Assembly: GCA_032718475.1 (NCBI GenBank)
Contig: JAUCBJ010005230.1
Span: 1 to 64,000, forward strand
Direction: 5' to 3'
Length of the DNA stretch: 64,000 nt
Origin: Nemertoderma westbladi
Taxonomy: Eukaryota; Animalia; Xenacoelomorpha
Part shown: positions 1-13,269 of the stretch, one piece after another
Layout of the letters: every line of letters begins with the position of its first letter
How positions within the stretch are numbered: the first letter of the stretch is position 1
Translations under genes and position numbers: made by a program
Notes under the pieces: generated by a model
What the model was told of the DNA's origin: nothing
The model's input: the letters and a program-made list of their open reading frames with translations, nothing else
Databases searched by the model: none

Positions 1-659
1 AGCCAATATCGAATAGTAATGTATAGTTATTAATAACTGTACAATTAATTAATTATACTGAGCAAATGATAAATTGTTTTGCTACAGTGTATGTAAACTA
101 CAATTCAGGGCTTGTTGCTTGTAGTAATCTCATTTAGTAGTTTTATTATTAAATTTCTGGATTACTTAACGCTCGTCTATGGACGAGCAGTAAATCAACC
201 TATTTATTTATCGCTCACTCTGTCTTGGTTACTATTAATAACAATGTATTATTAACTATTTTCTTGTTGCAGTTACCTAATATATAGGAAATTACCTAAT
301 ATAAGGTATTTATTTTTTATTAGCTAAGTATGTTCGTCAACATGATAGCTATTATTTTTACAATTCTAGTAAATTTTTGAAATAGTTCTAAATTAATATA
401 CTAGCGGAGCTAGTTTTTGAATGTTTTAAATTATTGTTCTAGAACATGTTTGCTGGTTTTTGAAAATGTTCCAGAATTTTTTTCTGTAACCTTTTTAAGA
501 GGTCTAGAACATAGTTCTAGAAATTTAGTATATAATAGCGAAAATGTTCGTGAATCGAGAGCAAAACATATAAATATAAGAAATGGCTACTAGTATCTAT
601 TAAACATCTTGTTAAGTGATCCAGAATTTAACAATAAAACAACATATTATATTGTGTAT

Positions 660-768
660 AATGTACCTTTATCGTACATCGGTCCCTCGTTTCAATATTT
701 CACTCACTCGCTTCGCTCGTTCGTGTAAATATTAACACTCGGGACCGGCGTGAGATAAAGTCCTACAT
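660..768. repeat. Imperfect palindrome with ACTCGCTTCGCTCG loop, possibly a terminal hairpin of a Crypton-like non-autonomous element
   Basis: Arms aatgta..ctttatc..cggtccc..aatattt..cac / gtg..aaatatt..gggaccg..gataaag..tacatt. A similar ctcggctacgag hairpin lies at about 9195-9260. Family call is from memory only. Confidence 0.4.
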
Positions 769-859
769 TATTTCATTCCCTGCACTTTGTGTGGTAGTCT
801 CCCATTTTGAATTATGGTTTAAAAATTAATATTTAAGAATCCCACTCTCTCTTATTCCT

Positions 860-2405
860 TTTGACGCTTGACGCGTTCGCTTGACGAGTCCGATTGACGC
901 GTGCGCTTGACGCGTGCGCTTGACGCGTGCGCTTGACGCGTGCGCTTGACGCGTGCGCTTAACGCGTGCGCTTGACGCGTGCGCTTGACGCGTGCGCTTG
1001 ACGCGTGCGCTTGACGCGTGCGCTTGACGCGTGCGCTTGACGCGTGCGCTTGACGCGTGCGCTTGACGCGTGCGCTTGACGCGTCAGCTTGACGAGTCCG
1101 ATTGACACGTCCGCTTGACGAGTCCGATTGACGCGTCCGATTGACGAGTCCGATTGACGCGTCCGTTTGACGCGTCCGTTTGACGCGTCCGTTTGACGCG
1201 TCCGTTTGACGCGTCCGTTTGACGCGTCCGTTTGACGCGTCCGTTTGACGCGTCCGTTTGACGCGTCCGTTTGACGCGTCCGCTTGACAAGTCCGTTTGA
1301 CTTGTCCTATTGACGCGTCCGTTTGACGCGTCCGTTTGACGCGTCCGTTTGACGCGTCCGCTTGACGCGTCCGTTTGACGCGTCCGTTTGAGGCGTCCGC
1401 TTGGCGAGTCCGATTGACGCGTCCGCTTGACGCGTCCGTTTGGCGCGTCCGCCGGACGCTTCCGCTTGACGCGTCCACCTGAGGCGTCCGCTTGACGCGT
1501 CCGTTTGACGCGCCCGTTTGACGCGTCCGTTTGACGCGTCCGTTTGACGCGTCCGTTTGACGCGTCCGTTTGACGCGTCCGTTTGACGCGTCCGTTTGAC
1601 GCGTCCGCTTGACGAGTCCGTTTGACTTGTCCTATTGACGCGTCCGTTTGACGCGTCCGTTTGACGCGTCCGTTTGACGCGTCCGTTTGACGCGTCCGTT
1701 TGACGCGTCCGTTTGACGCGTCCGTTTGACGCGTCCGTTTGACGCGTCCGTTTGACGCGTCCGTTTGACGCGTCCGTTTGACGCGTCCGTTTGACGCGTC
1801 CGTTTGACGCGTCCGTTTGACGCGTCCGTTTGACGCGTCCGCTTGACAAGTCCGTTTGACTTGTCCTATTGACGCGTCCGTTTGACGCGTCCGTTTGACG
1901 CGTCCGTTTGACGCGTCCGCTTGACGCGTCCGCTTGACGCGTCCGTTTGACGCGTCCGTTTGAGGCGTCCGCTTGACGCGTCCGTTTGACGCGCCCGTTT
2001 GAAGCGTCCGTTTGACGCGTCCGTTTGACGCGTCCGTTTGACGCGTCCGTTTGACGCGTCCGTTTGACGCGTCCGCTTGACGAGTCCGTTTGACTTGTCC
2101 TATTGACGCGTCCGTTTGACGCGTCCGTTTGACGCGTCCGTTTGACGCGTCCGTTTGACGCGTCCGTTTGACGCGTCCGCTTGACGAGTCCGTTTGACTT
2201 GTCCTATTGACGCGTCCGTTTGACGCGTCCGTTTGACGCGTCCGTTTGACGCGTCCGTTTGACGCGTCCGTTTGACGCGTCCGTTTGACGCGTCCGTTTG
2301 ACGCGTCCGTTTGACGCGTCCGTTTGACGCGTCCGTTTGACGCGTCCGATTGACGCGTCCGATTGACGCGTCCGATTGACGAGTCCGCTTGACGCGTCCG
2401 CGTGA
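860..2405. repeat. 13-bp tandem satellite (TTGACGCGTCCGT; left sub-array TTGACGCGTGCGC)
   Basis: Direct periodicity; each unit carries the ACGCGT palindrome. The overlapping ORFs are repeat translations. Confidence 0.97.
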
Positions 2406-3145
2406 CGTTGGTTGGGGCTCCCCCGTGAAATTATATTCGAAACATTTTTTCGGATTGACTCCTTTTGTTGTGGTTGTTAATTTTTAGATCTAAAATTCAT
2501 AAACTAAATAAAACACCAAGCAAGGTCATCATCATACAGTATAAAATATGCTTATATCAGCAGATCGATGTATTCTAGAATATAGTGAGCAGGCCTTGTA
2601 TTGCAATCAATGGCCGCGCTGTTAAGTAACATCAGAGATATTCTAATATAACATAGGCCCTACACACTTTTATTTCTAACACAATTTTTGTTCATTCCGC
2701 ATGCCCACGGCGTTATTTGAGTTAATCTGTGCTCTAACAAGTATGTTTGATTTAATATTTAATAATAATTATATGATATTAATATAATATTAATAATGTA
2801 GCAGGGTTGTGGTATACTTTTATATTATATAATAACTGTAATAAAATATCGTAATTTTTGATCGTCGGATGTGCGGCATTCTAGTATTTCTTAATTGATT
2901 TTGTAATTTTTTGTTACTCTAGTGTTTGTAGCTTACATTTACAAACAATGCCTTTTTCATGATTAATAGATTAATAGATTCTTGATTATTAGTTTTATGT
3001 ATTTTAAATTTGTATATATTTGCCTAATATCGCGAGCGCAGCCGTATGTAATGCACGCATTTATCGTCTTAACTGATTATATTTCATGGATTCAAATTAT
3101 TTTGAATTATAACTTTAATTAACTCTTATTATTTAATTAATCTCT

Positions 3146-4500
3146 GGGCCGATTACGCAAAAAGTGGCCAAAATTGTGTCGACGTAATTTCGCCATTCCA
3201 TGAGCCATAACTCAGGATAAAATAACCCAAAGCATATAAACCTATATATATTTCTATAGAGCGAATTTTTATAGAGCGATCCCTAGATGGGGCAGCACTG
3301 TTTGGGCACAGTGCTTTAAATGCTGCAGCCTAGACCAACCCCGGCTTTTATCCTTCAGTGGTCGATTGGGAACCAAGGCAACTTGGGAAACAGAGTGAAA
3401 GGGTTTACTGTGGAAGATCACCCATGGTGGTGAACATGCATTCCTTGGCTTAACGAGCCTAAAAGATTCTTTCGAATTTCTTTCGAAACGACTTTCTTTC
3501 GACTATTTCGAATTTTCGCCCATTTTTTGGCATTGGTTTTAAGCAATTTGACATATATTTTCCTTGGATTACAAGCACGAAATGGACATATGATGCAATG
3601 TCTGATGCTAAGTTTTTGAGATATATACGACCATAACCAATTGTCAGTAAGAGATACTTCCAGTAAACTATATATCAGCTAAAAGCTTATTTTATGATCT
3701 ACAATCCAGTACTAGTATCCAGTTTTTTCCAGTACCAGTACTGGGGTACACTTCTTTATAGTTTTGTTTTTTGAGGAATAAATAATGCTACATGTTCGTT
3801 TTTATAAATTTTTTAGGTGTTGTAACGCTCGTATTTGAAGCATAACTTTTTATTGTGAAATGTGTTTGATTCAAGGTAAGTATTTTCCGAAAGATAATTT
3901 TATTGGCTATCCATACCAATACGAATGAACGCTAATCGATAAGTCCAGCAGAAATAATGCCCAAAAGTTTGCCTTGTAGTTTGTTAACGTCATGGGAAAT
4001 GTCCATATTGTAACGCCCTTATTTTTGCTCTAACTTTTCTTCCACAAATCGGATTTACTTAAATGTAAAGTTTCTTTATACCGCTTCTGAAAGCGCTATA
4101 ATGATATACAAGGTCAAGCTTTCACGTCAACCTAATGAGATTGCTAAGCATGTCCACAGTTGTCCTGCATGTAACGGTATGTAACGCATTGTAACGCTGT
4201 CTCACTTGTAAAGCATGCACAGAAAGATGTAACGCAAATAAACTGTCGTTACAGATGAGACATGTCCAAAACGTAACGCATGTTTAAACAAGGAAATTTA
4301 TATGAGACAAAGCGTTACCGACGAGACATACGTTTCTCGTTCATAACTTTTTTACTATTGGTAGAAAAAATGAACCATTATGAAATTTGAAATCAACACG
4401 CTAAGGGCTTTAGAAATATGTATGGTGTGATAGGGTTTGAGAAAATTTTGTTTTTTAATTTTTTAACCTGGAATTTGGCCATTTTTTGCGTAATCGACCC
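3146..4500. mobile_element. Non-autonomous TIR DNA transposon with 3-bp TSD (PIF/Harbinger-like candidate)
   Basis: TIR gggccgattacgcaaaaagtggccaaa / tttggccattttttgcgtaatcgaccc; TCT on both flanks (3143-3145, 4501-4503). Confidence 0.8.
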
Positions 4501-5039
4501 TCTATTCATTTGTCAACCTATTAATGCACGTTTGGTTACTATGGTTTTCAGCTAATTGCTAATTGTGCTAGACAGTTTAGAGACTATATTGAGATGGGTC
4601 CTCATACTTGGGTGCTTTCATCTAAAAAAACACTGGCTGCAATTATTTTGGTATTGTTGGAAAGCTGCAATCTGTATTCCTAGACTTTGGAATTCTATTT
4701 CAATAATTTCACTTTTACATGGCGTAACTGCCACACAAACTTAAATATATGTAGACGTCGTGGTTTCTTATTTTTGGGACACCATTTAATTTTGGCCTAT
4801 TTTTTAGATTTATTTGAACACTTTCATTATTCGGATCAAGTGCCTGTGTTCATTATAAAATTGTGTGTGCAATAATGGATAATCGATGACGTTTATAAGG
4901 TCATTGCCCTGCAGGTAGTTTACCACGTCAAGAAATCAATACAAATTGTATTCCAAAGCTATCTGTAGATTTCAGTGTTCCAAAGTTACCAAATCATCCT
5001 ACTGCACTGCGCCTAATATTAACTATCAACTATTCTAAA

Positions 5040-5400
5040 TAGGGTAGGTGCGCGAAAAATCTGTTGGGCTAGAAACGATTGAATAAGGGGTAAGAAGGTG
5101 CTCTGATCGAGTGGCGGGGTGTGTATTTTTTGTAAAAACACGAGTAAACAGTTAAAATGGCCGGTTTAACTAAGCGCGGGCGGGAAGCCAATTTTGAAAA
5201 TCTGCTGTGATGGCTGATACAGATTTTAATACGATAATTCTTTATCTTGGTTTCTATAGACATCGATTTTCGAACGATTCAAATACACATTTAATCTCAA
5301 TTATCTCAATTGAATTGGCTTATATCAATTGAAAGCGGAGAGTCTTGCGCATCTTTTCGACACTATAATTAATTAAATTCATAATGAGGAACATTGATAA
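5040..5400 (+). repeat. Dispersed repeat, second copy at about 17668-18015
   Basis: Shared blocks taggtgcgcgaaaaa, gcgggaagccaattttgaaaat, acacatttaatctcaat, caattgaaagcggag. Confidence 0.8.
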
Positions 5401-6147
5401 ACTGTTGTCGCACACCAACCCTATTGAAACTCAATATTATCAAGTGCTAGGACAGTGATGTAGGCTAGATGATTTATAGTGGTCCTATAGTTGATTGTCA
5501 GCGACAATAGAGAGGTTGAGCTGCTTAACTCCTACCGACACACCCGGTGCTGTAATCCTACGGTGCGGTGTTGGCCTACCTGTAACGGTAGTAACAAACC
5601 TAACTCTATGCTGTACCCTATGGGCTCCAAATGTTTCTCACCCGTCTTATACAAATCACTTGCTTGATACAATGGAATTATAAAATATTTCCATTCTCAA
5701 ATAAAAATATATCACAAGATTTGTTATTTATTGATAGCAGTAGTTACATTTCCGACAATGGAGCAATGTTTCAATTTTGAAATTGATGTGATGAAAATGA
5801 TGTGTCTCCAAATCTAGAGCTATTTCTAAGATTACATCAGTGCTACTTTATTATACGTCACGGTGTAAAGAATTATTGTTATTTTTCTTTGTTAATTTTA
5901 TAGGATATTTTAAATAATGTGTGCTGGTAGGCCTAGAATTGAACCATCATATTATTGATTTATTCTCTATTTAATAGAACTAGTGTCTAGATTGTGATTG
6001 ATACTTAATATTCATTGCACATTATACGCCTCGCTAGAACTTACTAAAGTTATATTTATTGTTTACATATAATTATTCAACGGAATCGCATCGGAATTTC
6101 TCCCTTAAGTCCTTTTGTTATTCTCTTGAAGTGTTGGTGCCTGCTGC

Positions 6148-6465
6148 TACTACTACTACTACGATCGGCATGCTGCATTGCAGCTGCCTTTTTAAGAATG
6201 CTGTGCCGGCTTGTCGACAAAATTGCGCCTGCACAACTCCCTATCACCCATGACATTTGCTAGATCATCCGCATCTTCAAGACCAGTGTCCTTTAAGATC
6301 CGTCTCAAGAAAGTCATGGGCTGTCCACCATGCTTATTCACTCCATAAGACTGCCAAAGCACAAGATTATGCACTGGCTGGTCATCACGGCGAAAGCAAT
6401 GTCCAGCAAAGCGAAGGCGGGTTTGTTCCAGTGTCAAACTTGGGGGAACCAATGAGACACCTCCA
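6148..6465 (-). mobile_element. RTE-type LINE family 1, 3'-terminal fragment
   Basis: Encodes RLRFAGHCFRR..LVLWQ; ends in a (TAG)n tail; highly similar to 7851-8163 in reverse. Confidence 0.9.
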
Positions 6466-8163
6466 AGGTTAAGGTTCAATCACCAACCGATCGCCTCAAT
6501 GGTTGGAAGGCCAACTTTGAAAAGCTCCTCAATAATGACAGGGTATTGCCTGATAACTTTATAGAAGTAAAAGTGTCTGAGTCTGTACTCCCAGATATTC
6601 CCATTGGCGATATCTCCTTTGCAGAAGTGAAGGCTGCTGCAAAGAGCATTAAGACCAATCGTGCCAGTGGAGTAGATGGTGTTCCCCCTGAGGTTTTTAA
6701 AATACCTGAATTTTTAAAGCTCATCTATCCCATCATAGTAAACATGTACCGAACAACAAGAGTGCCACAAGAAATGAAAACAAATAAGTTGGTGCCAGTT
6801 CCCAAGAAGGGCAACCTAACACTCTATGGTTCTTTTCGGGGAATCTCATTGATCTCGATTGCTGCAAAGCTATACAATAGAATTATATTAAATCCCATTG
6901 AGAGACTGCTCCGTTGAAATCAGAATGGTAAAGGTCGTGGGACCATGAAGCTCATTTTGGCACTTAGAAGGTTAAGAGTTATCAAAAAAGAAAGACAGGC
7001 ATCTGGCTGTTATCTTTGTTGACTTCTTCAAGGCCTTTGATTCAGTCTCTCGCTCACGTATGTTCAGCATACTTTCATTATATGGGATTCCTGATGAAAT
7101 TATTGCAGCAATCAGATGAGTATACGATGGTTCAACAACATTTGTGTCTACTGTTGACGGTGATACAGAACCATTTGAAGTGTTATGGTGCGTCCTCCAA
7201 GGAGACACACTTGCACCATTCTTGTTCATTATTGTGGTTGACTATGTTCTACGCATGTCCTTAGATCATCATAATGATGATGGAGTCATGATAACTCCAC
7301 CTACTGGCTCCAGAAGTCGAGGAAATCCTGCCAAGTACCTAACTGATCTAGACTTTGCTGATGACTTAGGAGTACTCTCAGAATCATTAGAGGGAGCCCA
7401 ACGGCTCCTCAGCTCATTAGAACAGGCTGCTTCTAGTGATGGTCTTTTTATTAACTCCAAAAAGACCAAAATTATGACAGTTAACTTTGAAAGTTCTCAG
7501 CAAGTCTCTGACCGGATGAGCATAAGCTCAAAGGATGGTATGCTTGAGCATGTGAACGACTTCTGTTACCTGGGATCATGGATCAGGTGAGGACCTTCGA
7601 ATACGTAAGGGAATGGCATGGGCAGCCTTGAATAGGCTTTCCAGGATTTGGTAATCACCGAGAATTAATCGGAAACTTAAGGTCCGATTATTTAGAGCAG
7701 CAATAGTTCCTGTACTCCTCTATGGAAGTCCATGCTGGGCTCTAATTGCTGAGGTCACCAAATCTCTGGATGGCACATTCACAAGAATGTTAAGCCGGGT
7801 TCATTGTGTCAAGTACAATGCAAACATCTCCAACCAGAAATTATATAACATTGGAGGTGTCTCATTGGTCCCCCCAAGCTTGACACTAGAACAAAATCGC
7901 CTCCGCTTTGCAGGACATTGCTTTCGCCGTGAGGACCAGCCAGTGCATAATCTTGTACTTTGGCAGCCTCATGGAGTGAATACGCATGGTGGACAGCCCA
8001 TGACTTTCTTGAGACGCAACTTAAAGGATACTGGCCTTGAAGATGCGGATGATCTAGCAAATGTCATGGGTGATAGGGAGTTGTGGCGGCGCAATTTTGT
8101 CGACAATCCGGCACAGCATTCTTAAAAATGCAGCTGCAATGCAGCATGCCGATCCTAGTAGTA
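6466..8163 (+). mobile_element. RTE-type LINE family 1, 5'-truncated with disrupted RT
   Basis: RT motifs PKKGNL..FRGISL, FVDF.KAFDS, VLQGDTLAPFLF, LDFADD, YLGS, RLRFAGHC; stops and frameshifts; TAG tail. Confidence 0.93.
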
Positions 8164-10947
8164 TCCAAGGTAACTAACTAACTGGTAGTCAATGATCTAA
8201 AAATATGACAGAAATTTGCTTTAAATGGATTCTAACCATTTATTTGTGTGGAATTAATTTCGCATTAATTCCGCAAATCGCCAGGGCGACATATTTTCCA
8301 ACAAACTTTATATCGCACTGCGACATTATTTCTCAGTATGTCCCTACGCCATACATTTTACTATGTATGTCCAGTAGGCCCCCTATATCCAGTATGTCAC
8401 CACGTCATTATTAGGTTGTTCTAGAAAGTTTAGGTACATAACTACAAATAATTCACCACAAATAAATACAATTAGATTCGCCATTGTTCATAATTAACAC
8501 ATTAAAGCTTCTACGGCCATCATTTCGCTATTGTTACAAAACCACCTGGTAAAATTCGGTATAAAGTATAGCCTAATTAGAATTTAAAATGAATAAGTAT
8601 TCTTTTAAAAATTCACCTTTTATCCGCAAAAATGCGGACATAAAAGACTTTTAATAGTAATTATCTAATCTAATATAATTAAATAGTAATTATCCAATCA
8701 AAATTCCAAAAATGCTGTTTTAAAATGATTTATCCAATCAACGATCTTGAAGATTTTCTGTTGATTTTTCTTTATTTATTCTAGATAAGTAATTACTATG
8801 GTAATTATTAATAAATTTAGCATTAATATGTTTAGTTTGTAGGATCTTATGAACAAGTCTTAGCTAGTTTAATCAATTTTTTGGTTACTTTATTTGATTA
8901 ACGTTCTGGAAAATCACCTTCACTAACACAGTATAGCTAATTAATAGTAGCTAGTATTATTTAATTACACAATGGTGCAGAATTGACATCAAATTTGCGA
9001 TAACTTTGTAAAACTTCTAATTCAAAAGGGAATATTTTAAAGAAAGATTAAATGGTACACTGGTACTCAATGTACCTTCAACTTCTAATATTTGTATTTA
9101 ATATTATTCATAATTAATATTAGAATATTATAAATGTGGGTTGATTTTGGGCAAAAAGTAGTTTTTGTCCGCATCTTAACGGAGAAAAAGCATTTCCTCG
9201 TAATAGTAGAATGTGCATTTATTCCTCGGCTACGAGCACATTCTACTATTCACATTCTACTATTCTACTATTCACATTCTACTATTCCTCGAAAATGCGG
9301 ATAAAAAATTCGGACAAAAAAATATTACTTTCTTTTTGTAAAAGAAATAGTTAAAATAAATATCTTAGTAAAATGGATAATACAGTAATAAAATTATTTA
9401 AGAGCGGGCAAGATCCGATAGCGAGGGGCATTCATGACAGTACAAGACGTGATAAATGTAGGAACACCGTTGTGAGCGATACCAACAAACACAGTTAACC
9501 GATCTCACGTGAAAAGGGCCTGAGTTTGGCATATTTTATGTTGGAATCCGTGTGCGGTCGTGCGTGCCGGTTCTTCTGACACGGTTTTTTCCAAGTGCTC
9601 GTTATGAAGGCTGGTCTGTTGGTATACCCTGCCCTGTCGAAGTTTAATTCCCGCTCTTGTCGGTAGGCTACATAAGCATCCCGGACATCAGGTTTGATAA
9701 GAGTTCTTCTGATGAGCTCTTCTGCAACGGTTTCCTCTCGGACCAGTTTACAAACCAGGGTTGAGGAGGCTGAAATGCGCAATCCCAGAGCCCGTTTAAT
9801 AAATCACGACTTTACTTTATCTAATTCCTTCAAGTGATTGAGTTTCAGAACCCCCCCCCCCCCCCCCCCCGGTATTTGTACGACATTTTATAGCGCGGTA
9901 CTAATAGGGTTAAGGATCTCTAAAGGTCCCTCAAGTCAATATAGGTAATAGGACGAACTAACTGAGTAAACTAATTCGTAATTCAACTGAATCAAAATTG
10001 TTCTACATTGTCCCAAAGAATGTACACAAAATATATCCCTAGAAATATACATACATACATACAAAAACACAGTGTTAAGGTATGAAAATGATAAGAAAAT
10101 GTAATAAAACATACAGTAATACACTAATAATGTAATACATATTTCTTCACCATGGACATTATTAATTAATTTTTATTGAGTGCAATATAACTTTGGTCCA
10201 AGGCGTTCTAGAACGCCTTGCTTTGGTCGGATAAATGGTCATTTAAAAAACTTACAATTATTGATTTTAAAATATTAGCTATCCGTTTTTTAGTGCAATT
10301 ATATGACCTAAACAAATCGTGTATATCGTGTTTAAAGATTAATTCACAAACATAACCGGCATTACATGACATTCGTGGAACACGTAGACAATTTTGTTGT
10401 CTGTTTCGATATATAATAGGTAGAGACTTCCCATTGTAAGACGGCGACACATTAATTAAACATTTTTAAATAATTTTTTAAAAAAGTTCGGTTTTCACTC
10501 AGCCGCTTTATGTACCATTTTTTTCAACTTATCTGTTTTCGAAACATTTACAAGGAATTTACACATTCTAACCAAAACAATACACTAAAGTCAATTTGAA
10601 GACGTTACATTTTTATTTCTGGGATTTATCAGCTGTTATTTGCGTCGATTTTCCCAGAGAGGAATGACTTTTGATAGCGTCGAAAGTCCGCCCTTCCCTC
10701 ATATCTGTTGTTTTTTGGGTTGTTTTCGGTCAGTTTGATCATTTTATCTAGATCTCGCCCCAGGGCGAGTTCTAGATAAAACGGTACTACAGTACAGTAG
10801 GAAGGACCTTTGTTACCTTGTTAGTCTGTTACATTCAATGTAGAAAGAAGCTTAAATTCTATATCATATTTATCCGAGACAGGTCCATTATTATCTATAA
10901 ACGGGCAGCTACTAACTATATTTTTGTATTACAATACAATACACATA

Positions 10948-11410
10948 ATGGAAAACGTTAGAGTTCCCTGCAAATCCTGCGAGAGACAATTCGCTCCGGA
11001 TATCATTGAACGCCATCAGAAAATATGCGCTAAACAATCAAAAAAGAAAGCGCGTAAAGTATTTGATTCCTTAAAGCAGCGCGCAGTTGGATCGGATGTT
11101 CCTTTTCGAAGAGTTGCACCACCAGGGGTGCCTCCCCCGAAACAACCACCTCCGAAAACCAACTGGAAACAAACTCACAGCGAGTTTATAAACAACATTA
11201 GAGCAGCGAGGGATTTCCAGTACTGTCTGGACACGGGGAAACCACTACCGCCGCCACGGCCGGCTAGTGGACCTCCACCTGGATCTGTAAAGTGCGACGG
11301 TTGCGGACGTCATTTCAACCAGAAAGCGGCTGACCGCCACATTCCCCTTTGTACAGCGCGAGTAAAATCGTTGGGGAAACCCGTCCACGCCCCGGCGGGC
11401 TTTAAGAGAG
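10948..11410 (+). CDS. ZC2HC1A: ZC2HC1A/FAM164-like zinc-finger protein, paralogue A, exon 1
   Basis: ATG at 10948; two C2HC fingers (CKSCERQF..HQKIC, CDGCGRHF..RHIPLC), RKVFDS.KQR and NWKQTHSEFI motifs; donor AG|GTAACG at 11411, phase 1. Confidence 0.88.
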
Positions 11411-11540
11411 GTAACGGGGATGAGTGCTACTTCGCCATACGGGTAACCCAGCACCACTTCAAAAATAGTCCCTTTGTTTGGTCAGATTTTCATTGCTATT
11501 ATTAATTAAATTATCATTAAATTTGTATTGAATCAAAGTG

Positions 11541-11801
11541 GGCATTAGTTTGGCCTGGGGCCCCATTTTTTTTCACTGCATCTACGGTTATATAATTTAT
11601 ATAAAATATAAATATATATACAGTATTATTGTATATATATTATATATTTATTTATTTCGTATATATTTAACATATGTTTTTGTATTTTTTTGTATTTACA
11701 ATGTTTTAGAACAAGTCTCCTTGATATTATACATTCAAATTAACAACAAAATATGACGCCATAAAGTTTACAAAAATGGGGCCCCAGGCCACACTAATGC
11801 C
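11541..11801. mobile_element. MITE with GG termini and 8-bp TSD (Merlin/MULE candidate), in the paralogue A intron
   Basis: TIR ggcattagtttggcctggggccccattttt / aaaaatggggccccaggccacactaatgcc; flanks tcaaagtg and tcaaaatg. Confidence 0.8.
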
Positions 11802-12010
11802 TCAAAATGTTCTAGAACATTACTGTTTATAATGTGTATACAGTGTAATGACTCGGGTACCCTCTTTTTGGCAACTTTTGTTCATGTGAAAGTCGTGTTT
11901 TGGCAACTTTTGTTCATGTGAAAGTCGTGAGGTATCTTGTTCTGGAACAACTATTTGATCTTCCGATAGAAAGATTATAGTTACAGTACCGGTAGTTATT
12001 TGATTGGCTG

Positions 12011-12680
12011 GAATTCCGTATGCAGTCGCATTTGATATTTTGATATTAATTAGTGAAATTATGTACTTTTGCATAGTAATATCATCACTGACTTCATTGC
12101 AACATTTTTCAAAAAATTATTGTGTTCTAGAACATTAGCTAATCGACTTGCTAGTAATTTTTCCAAACATGATTTATTAAATATTAACACTTTATATTAG
12201 CTAGGTTTTGCTAATTTTTTATAAATATTATAGAACAGGTGTTAATAAATTTTGAACAATATTTTTGTTCTAGAACACAATTTTTATACTACAGTAGCAA
12301 GTTTTTCTACTTTTTTTAGGCTAGATTTCCGTACAGCACTACATTTTTAAAACATATATCATTGGTACTATGGCAACGTGGAAGAGTTCAAGAACAATCG
12401 AAAAGTATTATATACTATTCTATAACATAAATAAAATAAAAAATATAATGTTCTAGAACATATACTGTAGCTAAATTAAAAAATAAACCTTGATTTTTGA
12501 TTAGCGGAAGCTAATGTTCTGAAATTAGCTAATATTGTGCTCTACTGTATAACACAATGTTTTTTTGAAAAATGTTGTGAGGAAGTCAACGATGGTAATT
12601 TAGTTAAAAATTAGTCATAATATGGAACTGTATATATTTCATAAAAAATATTTTAGAAAATGCGACTGCATGCGGAACTG
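12011..12680. mobile_element. Degenerate MITE with long imperfect inverted ends
   Basis: ttccgtatgcagtcgcattt / aaatgcgactgcatgcggaa, plus inner inverted blocks (caacatttttcaaaaaa). No clear TSD. Confidence 0.6.
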
Positions 12681-13269
12681 TTCCCTTTTGGTTTTGTATT
12701 AGCTATTTAATTTTATTAGCTAGTAAAAAAATTTTAATTTGAAAACAGTAGATTTAATCCTAAAATAAATCTACTGCATCTGGAATAATGAAGTCATGGA
12801 GGCTAGTAATTAGCTAGATTAGCTAGTTATTATTTATACTGTAACAAGTGCTTTATTTCATGTTGAATGTCAATAATTCACAAATAATTATCGTAGAAGT
12901 TAGTAGGCCTACAGTACTGTATTTTGATAGTATTTTTTTTTATAAAATCTTATAATCTATAAACTCTTCGTACAAACATTAGTTATATAACTAGTTATTT
13001 CGTATTTATAATTTGGATATATGGTTGAATAAAAGTATTGGTCAAAATTTTTTAATATTGATTATTTCCAATTTTATTATCAAATTAATTAATTATTTTC
13101 CTATTTTAAAAAAAAACAGAATTTTTCACATTTCGAAGCCAATAAAAACAGTTAGGATTAATATTTTAAAATTCTGACTAACACTTTTGAAGATGCCAGG
13201 CATGTGGTTACTCTGTCCAAATTTCATGAAAAAAATTAAAAATTGGCTTAGGAGTAACATTTTAAATTT

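Noticed and set aside
852-1849. Arg-rich minus-strand ORFs
   Set aside because: Artefacts of the 13-bp satellite.
11411-11505. Paralogue A ending at the unspliced ORF stop
   Set aside because: Similarity ends at a donor site and the missing C-terminal zinc ribbon lies in an in-phase downstream exon.
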